A stretch of DNA of 37,931 bases from IMG/VR virus record IMGVR_UViG_3300048575_000434, positions 1 through 37,931 of that record, one strand, 5' to 3'. The notes under the pieces were generated by a model. It made no database searches. It was not told the origin of the DNA and saw only the letters and a list, made by a program, of their open reading frames with translations. Of the stretch, positions 24,842 through 33,996 are shown piece after piece (position 1 is the first letter of the stretch; the number at the start of each line of letters is the position of its first letter). The DNA is from a virus. Its lineage: Duplodnaviria; Caudoviricetes. The translations under genes were made by a program, and so were the position numbers.

Positions 24842-24933
24842 CACCCACCGCAGCAAAGAACGCCGCCAACCTCAAAGCCGGGGCTGGATAACGGATTACC
24901 GAAGGCAAAGCCCCGGCACCAAGTACCCATTCC

Positions 24934-25470
24934 ATGCCCTACATCTCCACCGCCGAACTCGCCGAACGCCCAGGCTCCCGCGAAATCGCGCTGCTCGCCA
25001 CCAGCGACGGCGCGGCGACGGTGGACTACGCGCTCATGGACGCCACGCTGCGCGGCCAGGACCGCAGCGCCTGGCAGGCTGATGACATTGCCCAGGCCGA
25101 CGCCGCTCTGCAGCGCGTGCAGGATGCCATCGCCGAGGCAACCGCATTGATCGACGGCTATCTGGCCACATGCGGCTATGCGCTGCCGCTCCAGCTTGCC
25201 CCCACCAGCACCGGCAAGAGCATGCTGACCGTCTGGGCGCGCGCCATTGCGCGCTATCTGCTCAACGGCAGCCGCATCACTGACGAAAGCAAGGACCCCG
25301 TGGCACGCGACTACCGCGATGCCCTCAAGCGCCTGGCCGACGTCGCCGCCGGCAAGCTGAGCCTGGGCGGCACCGACCCCCAGGCACCGGCCAACGCCAC
25401 CAGCACCGACGTGCGCTTCGACAGCGCCCCCGCCGTCTTCGGCCGCAGCGAACTGCGGCACTTCCGCTGA
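24934..25470 (+). CDS. Head-tail adaptor (Mu gp36/DUF1320)
   Basis: A.ALIDGYL...YALPL...IARYLL...YRDALKRL..VA.GKLSL. Confidence 0.9.
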   Translation: MPYISTAELAERPGSREIALLATSDGAATVDYALMDATLRGQDRSAWQADDIAQADAALQRVQDAIAEATALIDGYLATCGYALPLQLAPTSTGKSMLTVWARAIARYLLNGSRITDESKDPVARDYRDALKRLADVAAGKLSLGGTDPQAPANATSTDVRFDSAPAVFGRSELRHFR

Positions 25471-25477
25471 CCGCGCC

Positions 25478-25909
25478 ATGTTGTGGTTTCAAGAAGCACT
25501 GACCCGGCTGCGCGACCGCGTGACAGGCATGCGCGAGATCGAGGGCATGAGCAGCCTGGCCGAGGCCATGAAGGGCGTCAGCGCCGTGCCCGCGCTCTAC
25601 CTCGTCCCCCTGGCCGAGAAGGGCCAGGAAATGCCCCACACCGGCGACCTTGACCAGTTCATCGGCGTGATGTTCGGTGTCATTTTCGCCATGCCTTCAG
25701 GCCGATCCGCCATGGGCCTGGACGCCGTGCTCGCCCTGGAGGCCAAGCGCCGCGAGGTACGCACTGCGCTGGTGGGCTGGGTTCCAGACCAAGAGACCGG
25801 CGAACCCATCACCTTCGTGGGCGGCGAGCTGGTCGACCTGCCCGCCACCGGCCACCTCTGGTGGGCCGACGACTTTCAGTTGACCACGTATTACAGGAGC
25901 AACCCGTGA
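25478..25909 (+). CDS. Tail terminator / neck protein (gp37-like)
   Basis: PALYLVP...ALVGWVP...GGEL...LWW.D.F; gene order. Confidence 0.75.
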   Translation: MLWFQEALTRLRDRVTGMREIEGMSSLAEAMKGVSAVPALYLVPLAEKGQEMPHTGDLDQFIGVMFGVIFAMPSGRSAMGLDAVLALEAKRREVRTALVGWVPDQETGEPITFVGGELVDLPATGHLWWADDFQLTTYYRSNP

Positions 25910-26148
25910 GCAAAGCCAATGCCAAACAACAAGCGACGGCGGGCCAAACCGCCCAAGAACTCCAGGCCCCGCAGGCGGCCAGTGGCCAACCTGCAGATGC
26001 CGGAGCCGCCCCCTTGGTTTCTGCCGCAGCGCCCGCCGCGCTCACGCCCGATGAATACCACGGCCAAGGCGGCCTCTACACCATGAAGGACGGCCGCCGC
26101 GTGCTGGTCGAACAAACCCAACCTGAAACCACCAAGGAGCGCAAATGA
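25906..26148 (+). CDS. Small hypothetical protein before the tail tube
   Basis: AGGAG Shine-Dalgarno and GTG start; DEYHGQGGLY motif; coupled at both ends. Confidence 0.6.
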   Translation: MSKANAKQQATAGQTAQELQAPQAASGQPADAGAAPLVSAAAPAALTPDEYHGQGGLYTMKDGRRVLVEQTQPETTKERK

Positions 26149-27077
26149 GCGACCCCAAGTTCATCAAGAAAATGGCCGTCCTGGTGGCCATTGAGACCAT
26201 CGTGGGCACCATTGTTGTGCCGGTGGCAGCAGACGCCATTGAGGTGTCTGACGTCACCCTCACCCCCATCGAAGGCGACGAGGTGGACCAGGGCGTCATC
26301 CGCCCGTACTTCGGCGCGTCGGAGACGACCATGGTCACCCTGTACCGCAAGATCGCCTTCAGCGTCGGTTTTGCAGGCGTGGCCACCGCTGGCGACCTGC
26401 CGGGCTGGAGCACGCTCTTGCGGGCCTGCGCTGCCAGCGCGACGAACACCCCGGCCACCGAGACCGTTTTCGCTCCGATCACGGATGGCATCGAGAGCGT
26501 CACGATCTACGCCGTGGTGGACAAGCTGCTCTACAAGATGGCGGGTGCCCGTGCCAATGCCAAGGCAGCAGTGGACGCCAAGCAGATCCCGAAGTGGCAG
26601 TTCGAGTTCACCGGAGCGTTCTTCCCGGTGGAAGACGTGGGCTCCATGCCAGCGGTCAGCTACGTGAAGTTCTTGCGCCCCCTGGGCGTGAACAAGCTCA
26701 ACACCACGCTGAGCCTGGACGGCTACAACGCGGCGGCCAGCAGCTTCCAGTTTGATTTTGGCAACCAGGTGGTCAAGCAAGACCTGATGAACGTGGACAC
26801 GACCGAGATCACTGGCCGCACGTCCACGGGCAGCGTCACGTTCCGCAACACCAGTGTCGCCACCAAGAACTGGGTCGAGATGGCCCGCGTGAGCGCCAAG
26901 GTGCCGCTGCTGCTCAAGCACGGCCAGGCCGCCACCAACACCGTCTCCATCGCCGCGCCGCTGGCCCAGATCGGCAAGCCCACGTTCGGCGAGCAGGACG
27001 GCATCCAAATGATCACCGTGCCCCTGCGCTTCATTCCCAGCGATGCGGGCAACGACGAATGGTCGATCACGGTCTGA
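26145..27077 (+). CDS. Major tail tube protein (non-contractile)
   Basis: 310 aa beta-rich protein with IRPYFG and LLRAC; followed by chaperones and tape measure; no sheath gene present. Confidence 0.85.
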   Translation: MSDPKFIKKMAVLVAIETIVGTIVVPVAADAIEVSDVTLTPIEGDEVDQGVIRPYFGASETTMVTLYRKIAFSVGFAGVATAGDLPGWSTLLRACAASATNTPATETVFAPITDGIESVTIYAVVDKLLYKMAGARANAKAAVDAKQIPKWQFEFTGAFFPVEDVGSMPAVSYVKFLRPLGVNKLNTTLSLDGYNAAASSFQFDFGNQVVKQDLMNVDTTEITGRTSTGSVTFRNTSVATKNWVEMARVSAKVPLLLKHGQAATNTVSIAAPLAQIGKPTFGEQDGIQMITVPLRFIPSDAGNDEWSITV

Positions 27078-27146
27078 CGCCGCCGCCAGCCATCGCTTCC
27101 CCAGGTTTCATCCACAGCAACACCATTTCTTTAAAGGATCACACCC

Positions 27147-27530
27147 ATGTCCGTCGTTCTCGCATCCGTCGCATTTTGGGCCGCAGGCCAGCTCATCCTG
27201 GTGGGCGACCTCGGCAAGCCCGAAATCGTGGACTTCAAGGCCCGTTTCAAGCGCCTCAAAACCAGCGAGCGCAAGCAGCTCGAATCCGACCTGGCCGAAA
27301 AAAAGATCACCGACAAGGAATTCCTGGACCGCCTGCTGGTGGACTGGGACCTCAAGGACAAGACGGGCACCGCAGTCATCCATTCCGAGAAGCAACGCGA
27401 GGAACTGGTGGAGGACTGGGACGGTTTCGAGGCAGCGCTCGTCCAGGCGTACTTCGAGAACGGCCGCAAAGCACGGGAGGCGGCAGAAGTGGCAAAAAAC
27501 TTCGAGCTGCCGTCCGCCACCACTACCTGA
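27147..27530 (+). CDS. Tail assembly chaperone (gpG-like)
   Basis: Lies between tube and tape measure genes; ends near slippery A AAA AAC. Confidence 0.85.
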   Translation: MSVVLASVAFWAAGQLILVGDLGKPEIVDFKARFKRLKTSERKQLESDLAEKKITDKEFLDRLLVDWDLKDKTGTAVIHSEKQREELVEDWDGFEAALVQAYFENGRKAREAAEVAKNFELPSATTT

Positions 27531-27898
27531 GTGCGGGGGGCGGCGAGGCCAACACCGAGGAAGAAGACGCCGACCTGCGCGCCCAGTGGCAGCAGCTCGG
27601 CGCCGATCCCGACCAGGCCATGCAGGCGGCCCAGGTGGCCCGAACTGAAGAGGTCGAGCAGGCCGGGGACTTTGAGCTGCCGCCCGAGCAATGGCGGGCG
27701 TGGGAAGTGTTCACCGCCTGCGAGCGCAACTGGCGCGTACTCATCGGCATTGGCCTGGTGCACTACGACGGCATCGACAACACCGCCATGCAGTCGGCCA
27801 TGCACATGCTGGGGGTGAAGCGAAAGCACCAGCGCAACGTGTTCTGGATGGTCCGCGTGCTCGAAGGCGAGGCGCGCAAGTTTCTCAACCAACGGTAG
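27494..27898 (+). CDS. Frameshift extension of the tail chaperone (gpGT-like, DUF1799-like)
   Basis: The -1 frame opens at heptamer 27494-27500: LRAAVRHHYL...AWEVF...WR...GIDN...RVLEGEA. Confidence 0.75.
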   Translation, partial: KKLRAAVRHHYLSAGGGEANTEEEDADLRAQWQQLGADPDQAMQAAQVARTEEVEQAGDFELPPEQWRAWEVFTACERNWRVLIGIGLVHYDGIDNTAMQSAMHMLGVKRKHQRNVFWMVRVLEGEARKFLNQR

Positions 27899-27922
27899 GC
27901 GGCAACGGAAGGAAAGCGGCGC

Positions 27923-30900
27923 ATGTCCAATGAGTTCAAGGTGGGTGTCAAGCTGCATGTGGACTCCACGCAGTACACCGCCGAATTCACCAAGGCGGGG
28001 CATACGGCGCAGGCTTTCGCTGCCCAGGTTTCGGGCAGCGCCTCCAGCGCGGCCACAAGCGTTCAGTCCGTCACGGGCAAGCTTGACGGCCTGGGCCAAG
28101 CCGCCGCCAATGGCAACACTGCGGCTGCCGCCATCGACAAGATCACCCAGTCGGGCCGCCAGGCGGCTGGTGCACTGGGGGCCATCCCGCAGCCATTGAC
28201 GGGAGCCGCCGCCCATTTTCAGGCTGCACAAGCGGGCCTGGCCGGTGTCGCCCGGCAAGGCGATGCCGTCAAGACCGCCCTGAGCGGTGGAACTCCTGCC
28301 GCACACGCCCTGGGCGCTGCTGCTGCCAGCGCAAGCCAGCAGGCCGCCAAGGCGGGCGGCATCGCCCAGGCCGCGCTAGGGCAAACCACCATTTCTGCCA
28401 AGCAGACCGCCGCCGCGCTGCGTGGTGTGCCTGCCCAGTTCACCGACATCATCACCAGCATCCAGGGCGGCCAGGCACCGCTCACGGTGTTCCTGCAGCA
28501 GGGTGGCCAGCTCAAGGACATGTTCGGCGGCGCTATTCCAGCCGCCAAGGCCCTGACGGGCTACGTGGTCGGGCTCATCAATCCCTTCACGGCTGCTGCG
28601 GTGGTGGCCGGGGTGCTGGCTCTGGCATACCACCAGGGTTCCCAGGAAGCCGATGGCTACCGCGCCGCCATCCTGATGAGCGGCAACGCTGCAGGCACCA
28701 CCGTGGGCCAGCTCACCGACATGGCGCGGGCCATCAGCGAAGTCACGGGCACCCAGGGCGCAGCAGCCGCTGCGCTGACCCAGATGGCGGGCAGCGGCGC
28801 CGTGGCGCGCGAGAACCTGCAGCAGTTCGCCCAGACGGCCATGGGTCTTGAGAAATACGTCGGCCAGCCGGTCAAGGCGACCGTGGACCACCTGGAGCAG
28901 CTGGGCAAAGCGCCCCTGCAGGCCAGCATCAAGCTCAATGAGCAGTACCACCACCTGACCGTCGCCGTCTACGAACAGATCCGCGCGCTGGAAGAACGGG
29001 GCCGCAAGGAAGAAGCCGGGGTTGCGGCGCAGCAGGCGTATATGGCCGCCATGGAGGCCCGCAAGAATGCAATGGTCGCCAACCTGGGCTACATCGAACG
29101 TGCCTGGTACGGGGTCACCGGTGCGGCCAAGGGCGCATGGGACGCGATGCTCAACGTGGGCCGTGGCACCACAGATGAGCAGAACCTTGCACAGCTCCGC
29201 GAGAACCTGGCACGTCAGCAGGAGCGCAATTCCACGCTCGGCATCAAGGATGGCAAGGCTACCGCCGACCTGAAAGAGCAGATCCGCCTGCTGGAAAAGA
29301 AGATCACTCTGGCCAACGACAGTGCGGCCGCTACGGCCGACGAGGCCAAGAAAACCGCAGCCTTGGCGGAATGGGGCAAGGTCGTCAACGCCAACAAGTC
29401 CAAGGAGAAGCAGCAGGAAGAAGAAATCCTGCGCATCCGCAATGCGGGCAAGGCTGCAGGCAAAGAGCAGGTGGAGATCGAGCGCGAGATCTCCGCGTAC
29501 AAGGCCCGCGTCGCCGACAAGGGCGCGGCCGGCGTCGCTGCCCGCGAGCTGGAGCGCCAGCGCTCTCTGCTGGCCGAACTTGCGGGCCTGTCGGGCGATT
29601 TCTATAAAGAATGGGAATCCCTCAACAAGCAGTTCCAGCAAGGAAAGATCACCCAGGAAGATTTGGTACGGCTGCAAGCCGTGCTACTTGCCAAGCAGCC
29701 TGCGATGGTTGCAGTGGCCAAGGAGGAGCAGCACCTCCTTGAGCAGCGCGCACGTGCGTGGCAGGAGATCCAGCGCACCCAGGAGCGTGCACAGCAACAA
29801 GCTCTTGAGGCCATGCAGCGAAGTGCCAAGGCAGCCGAGCAGCAAGTGCAGCGCTTGCAGGAAGAGGAAGCTGCTGCAAGCCTTGCCGCCAGCGCCAACA
29901 TCCCGCTTGCGGAAGCCGTCGAGCGTGTCGCCCTGGCCCGTGCCGAGGACAACTACCAAAAAGCCCTTGGGCAGGCGGCAGACGGCGCCACGCTGCTGGC
30001 TCTGCAAAAAGAAATCGACGCGCGCCGGGAAATCGTGGGCCTGGTGCGCGGCAAGGAAACCCGTGAAGGCATCAAGAAAACCGCCGATGAAGCCGAGAAG
30101 GAACTCAAGCGCGTCACCGAGCAGTACGAGCAAGGCCTGACCAACGCCGCGATGCAGGGTGGCAAGAGCCTGCGCGAATACATCCACGGCATGCTGCGCG
30201 CCACGGCCTTCCGGATCGGCCTTGATCCCGTCATGAAGCCGCTGGCGGGCTTTCTTGCTGGTGCTACTGGCAGCGGCAGCGCGGCATCAGGCGGTGGCGG
30301 TGTGCTGGGCGCCGTGCAGGCAGCCAGCAATATCAATACGCTGTGGGGCACTGCGAGCCAAGCGATTTCCGGCGGGGCTGCGGGCGCCTCCATGGCCTCG
30401 CTCGGGTATGCCAACGCTGTCGGCATGGTGGGCGGTGACGCCATCGGCGCCCTGGCAGCCGCCAACGGCATGTGGGCTGGTGTGGCCACTGGTGCGCAAG
30501 CAGCAGCGCAGTCTGCCATTGCAGCCAATCTGGCTATCGAAGCTGGCGCTGCAGCGGCACTGCCGGCGGGAACGCTTGCAGCGGCCCAGGGCACTGCTGC
30601 AGGTGCTGCCGCCAGTGGCAGCACACTGTCGAGCGCCCTGAGTGCAATCCCCGGCTGGGGCTGGGCCTTGGCAGCAGTAGTGGCGCTTGCCGCCGTTTTC
30701 GGCAAGAAACCGACGCCGCACACAGGCGGTGCCGCAAGCTATAGCGCCGCCGAGGGTGCCCAGGCCATCAATGCCCAGACCCTCGGCACTGCCGCCATTC
30801 GCCCCGACGACAAGGTGCAGGCCATGACCTCCGGCCTGGCATCGAGCATCGTCAACATGCTCGACGCTACCGCCAAGACCTTCGGCCAGGAGGCGGGCTT

Positions 30901-33100
30901 TAAAGCCGCCACGGCGTTTGCCGACGACACCTCCAAGGATGGCGCGTGGGGCGCCCTCGTCATCGAGCAGATGGGCAAGAAGCTGGTGGATTGGCAGGAC
31001 AGCCAGACCAGCCGCTGGGCACCAAAGGAGTTTGCCGATGGCGAAGCAGGTATGAAGCAATACCTGAACGCCGTTGCGAACGAGACCATCGGTGTGCTGC
31101 AAGGCATGGATTTGCCCGCCTGGGCCAAGCGCATCACCGCTGCCACGGCCACCGGCACCGACAACGCCGAGGTGGCCCTCAAGGCCCTGTTCGAGAACCT
31201 TGCGCAGTACCCGAACAAGCTGCTTGAACAGTTCGGCACCAGCCGCGACCAGCTCGCCCAGCTCTACGCCGAAGGCCTTGCCACCGGCGACGCCTACGCC
31301 GCAGGCCAATCGGTGGCCAACAGCCTGGTGGCCAGCATTGAAGCGAGCATGCTGGGCAACGCCTCGGGCCAGATCATCGACATCGTCAACCAGGGCATCA
31401 TCACCCCGATCATTGACGCGGCCGTGATGGGCCAGAACGTGGCCGAGGCCCTGAGCCAGGCCAGCATCGCCAAGACCATCGAGCGGGCCAAAGCTACAGC
31501 CACGGCTTTTGCCGAGCTGTTCAGCAACGCCGAATTCCAGGCCACCCTTGAGCAGCTGCGCACCACGGTGGGCGACGCGCTGGGCACGGCCGGTGCCGCC
31601 CTGCAGTACACGCCGCGCTACACGGCCGCCATCGTTGACAACACCGCCGCCACCCAGGCCGCCGCCGAAGCCCAGCGCGCAGCGACAGAGGCCCAGCGCG
31701 AGGCCGAAGAGGCCGCCCGGCGCATCGCTGAAGAACGTGCCAGCATCGAGCAGCAGTGGCTGCAGGCCATTGGTGCCAGCGCAGAGCTGCGCCGCCGCGA
31801 GCTGGCCGCCATCGACCCGACCAACCGCGCGCTGCAGGAGATGGTCTGGCGCATCGCCGACATGCAGACGGCCGCCGAAGCCGCCGCAACGCGCGTGGAC
31901 AGCAACTACGGCGTGCTGCAGCGCTCGGTGGACGCCGAGAAGCAAGCCCTGGCCGACCGCTGGAGCACGGCCAAGGAAGGCCTGGCGCAACAGGCCGAGC
32001 TGGCGCGCGAGTCCATTGGCAAGATCAACACCATCTTCGGCGCCATCCAGTCGGCCATCAAGAGCACCGAAGTGCAGAGCGAAGCACTGGACCGGGCCCG
32101 CCGCGCCTCGGCCCTGGCCACGCTGCAGGCCGCCCTGGCCCAGGCCAAGACCGGCGTGCGCGTGGACAAGCTGCCCGGCATCGAGCAGGCCCTGGGCGTG
32201 CTCTCCAAGCCCAGCGACCAGCTCTTCGGGCGGTTCGAAGACTACGTGCGCTCCCAGGACGAAGCGGCCGACGCCATGCGCCAGCTCGGCGACCAGGCCA
32301 GCGGCCAGCTCAGCGTGGCCGAGATGACGCTCAAGGCCACAGAGGACGCATCCAAGGCCCTGGAGAAGCAGTACCAGCAAGACGTGGCCGCGCTGGACCA
32401 GACGCTTGCCGTCTGGCGCGAGCAGATCGACGTCTCACGCGGCATTGACGTGAGCGTGCTCACCGTGCGCGACGCTGTTGATCGCCTTGCCGCCTCCATC
32501 CTGGCGGGCAAGCAGGCCAGCTCTGCTGTTGCTTCCGCCAGTTCGCTGGCCGCCTTCACGCCCGAGCAGATCATCGGCGGCGTTGACTACGTGCGCGACG
32601 CCGCCAGCCGGGGCGACGTGATGGCCGTCTACCAGGGCGCGGCCACTGCCGGGCTCAACGTGGACCAGATCACGGCCGCCATCAACCTGGCGGGCTACAC
32701 CGTGGGTGCTGACGACGTGCGCAACTGGATCGCCGACCAGGGCTTGCAGGCCCTGCCCGAAGCCCGGAAGTTCGCCACCGGTGCGGCCTTCTCGGGTGGC
32801 GGCATCGTCAAGCGCCCCACCTATTTCGACATGGGCCAGATGGGCGAAGCCGGTGATGAGGGCATCCTGCCCCTGAGAAACGTGGGTGGGAAGCTGGGCG
32901 TCAACGCCGCTGGCCTGATCGACAGCCAAGCCATCGTGGCGGCCATCGCTGCCCTGCAGGTGCAGATGGAACTGCTCATCGACGCGGCCAATGCGACCGC
33001 CTTTCACACACACGCAGGCCAAAAAGCCACGCTGGAGCTTGTGGATCGCGGCATCACCGTTCGCACCAGCGCGACCGAACCTCTGGACATCGCCGCATGA
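27923..33100 (+). CDS. Tail tape measure protein (1725 aa)
   Basis: PAQFTDI..S..GGQ.P..V.LQQGGQLKDMFGG lambda-type motif; Ala/Gln-rich helices; C-terminal FATG...MGEAG.E.ILPL. Confidence 0.95.
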   Translation: MSNEFKVGVKLHVDSTQYTAEFTKAGHTAQAFAAQVSGSASSAATSVQSVTGKLDGLGQAAANGNTAAAAIDKITQSGRQAAGALGAIPQPLTGAAAHFQAAQAGLAGVARQGDAVKTALSGGTPAAHALGAAAASASQQAAKAGGIAQAALGQTTISAKQTAAALRGVPAQFTDIITSIQGGQAPLTVFLQQGGQLKDMFGGAIPAAKALTGYVVGLINPFTAAAVVAGVLALAYHQGSQEADGYRAAILMSGNAAGTTVGQLTDMARAISEVTGTQGAAAAALTQMAGSGAVARENLQQFAQTAMGLEKYVGQPVKATVDHLEQLGKAPLQASIKLNEQYHHLTVAVYEQIRALEERGRKEEAGVAAQQAYMAAMEARKNAMVANLGYIERAWYGVTGAAKGAWDAMLNVGRGTTDEQNLAQLRENLARQQERNSTLGIKDGKATADLKEQIRLLEKKITLANDSAAATADEAKKTAALAEWGKVVNANKSKEKQQEEEILRIRNAGKAAGKEQVEIEREISAYKARVADKGAAGVAARELERQRSLLAELAGLSGDFYKEWESLNKQFQQGKITQEDLVRLQAVLLAKQPAMVAVAKEEQHLLEQRARAWQEIQRTQERAQQQALEAMQRSAKAAEQQVQRLQEEEAAASLAASANIPLAEAVERVALARAEDNYQKALGQAADGATLLALQKEIDARREIVGLVRGKETREGIKKTADEAEKELKRVTEQYEQGLTNAAMQGGKSLREYIHGMLRATAFRIGLDPVMKPLAGFLAGATGSGSAASGGGGVLGAVQAASNINTLWGTASQAISGGAAGASMASLGYANAVGMVGGDAIGALAAANGMWAGVATGAQAAAQSAIAANLAIEAGAAAALPAGTLAAAQGTAAGAAASGSTLSSALSAIPGWGWALAAVVALAAVFGKKPTPHTGGAASYSAAEGAQAINAQTLGTAAIRPDDKVQAMTSGLASSIVNMLDATAKTFGQEAGFKAATAFADDTSKDGAWGALVIEQMGKKLVDWQDSQTSRWAPKEFADGEAGMKQYLNAVANETIGVLQGMDLPAWAKRITAATATGTDNAEVALKALFENLAQYPNKLLEQFGTSRDQLAQLYAEGLATGDAYAAGQSVANSLVASIEASMLGNASGQIIDIVNQGIITPIIDAAVMGQNVAEALSQASIAKTIERAKATATAFAELFSNAEFQATLEQLRTTVGDALGTAGAALQYTPRYTAAIVDNTAATQAAAEAQRAATEAQREAEEAARRIAEERASIEQQWLQAIGASAELRRRELAAIDPTNRALQEMVWRIADMQTAAEAAATRVDSNYGVLQRSVDAEKQALADRWSTAKEGLAQQAELARESIGKINTIFGAIQSAIKSTEVQSEALDRARRASALATLQAALAQAKTGVRVDKLPGIEQALGVLSKPSDQLFGRFEDYVRSQDEAADAMRQLGDQASGQLSVAEMTLKATEDASKALEKQYQQDVAALDQTLAVWREQIDVSRGIDVSVLTVRDAVDRLAASILAGKQASSAVASASSLAAFTPEQIIGGVDYVRDAASRGDVMAVYQGAATAGLNVDQITAAINLAGYTVGADDVRNWIADQGLQALPEARKFATGAAFSGGGIVKRPTYFDMGQMGEAGDEGILPLRNVGGKLGVNAAGLIDSQAIVAAIAALQVQMELLIDAANATAFHTHAGQKATLELVDRGITVRTSATEPLDIAA

Positions 33101-33996
33101 GAATCCTGCGCCCCATCGAAGTGACAGACGCCGTTCTGGCCGCCAGCTCGGTGCCGCTGCCCGTGGTCGCGCCTGGCATCGACCCCGATCCAGCCCAGTG
33201 GCTTGTGGGCACCACCTACGCCCTGGCTGCAGAGGCGCGGGACGGCCAGCGCCGCTACCTCAGCCGCCAGGCGGCCAACACGGGCAAGACGCCCGCAACC
33301 AGCCCCGACTGGTGGCTCGACACCGGCCCCGTCAACCGCGTGGCCATGTTTGACCAGAGCCTGGGCACGGTCACCAGCGCGGCCGAGCAGATCGTTGTGA
33401 CCCTGGCACCCACAAGCTATGCAGACGGCATCAGCCTGATGGGCCTGCGCGGCCAAGAGGTGCGCGTGCAAGTAGCTGATTCACCGTTCGACGAGACGTT
33501 CGGGCTGTATTACCCGCGCGCTGTGACGAACATGTACGAGTACCGCTTTGAACCATTTGAGCAGCGTGAAAAGCTGCTTGTCACCGGCCTGCCAGTGGGG
33601 CCTGGTGTGCAAATCACCATCACGATCAGCAACCCTGGCGGCGTTGCTGCCTGCGGCATGTGCATGCCGGGCTTGCTGCGCAAGTTCGGCGAGACGGAGT
33701 TTGGCGCGAGTGTCGGCATCAAGGACTACGGAAAGAAAAGCGTTGACCAGTGGGGCAAGCCCACGCTGCTCGAAGGAGCCTGGTCCGACCGCATGACGAT
33801 CACGGTGGACGTGCCCAACTACCTCATCGATGCCCTCAAGCGCGAGCTGACGCGCTACCGCTCCAAGCCCGTGTTCTGGATCGCCTCCAGCCTTTTCGAG
33901 GCAACCCAGGCGTACGGCACGTTCCGCGACTTCTCAATCGTCATCCCAAACGCCAAGAAGTCCAAGTGTTCCATTGAGATTGAAGGATTCGCATGA
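33097..33996 (+). CDS. Tail tip structural protein (distal-tail-like)
   Basis: Coupled to the tape measure gene; beta-rich; GIKDYGKK..DQWG motif; exact role is inferred. Confidence 0.6.
   Translation: MRILRPIEVTDAVLAASSVPLPVVAPGIDPDPAQWLVGTTYALAAEARDGQRRYLSRQAANTGKTPATSPDWWLDTGPVNRVAMFDQSLGTVTSAAEQIVVTLAPTSYADGISLMGLRGQEVRVQVADSPFDETFGLYYPRAVTNMYEYRFEPFEQREKLLVTGLPVGPGVQITITISNPGGVAACGMCMPGLLRKFGETEFGASVGIKDYGKKSVDQWGKPTLLEGAWSDRMTITVDVPNYLIDALKRELTRYRSKPVFWIASSLFEATQAYGTFRDFSIVIPNAKKSKCSIEIEGFA

Noticed and set aside
24885-24905. Resemblance of GGATAA/GAAGG to the in vitro FMN aptamer loop
   Set aside because: Flanking positions differ from AGGAUAU/AGAAGG and the geometry does not fit; probably chance
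30287-32380. 697-aa minus-strand ORF and other long ORFs opposite the tape measure gene
   Set aside because: Shadow ORFs of an Ala/Gln-rich gene
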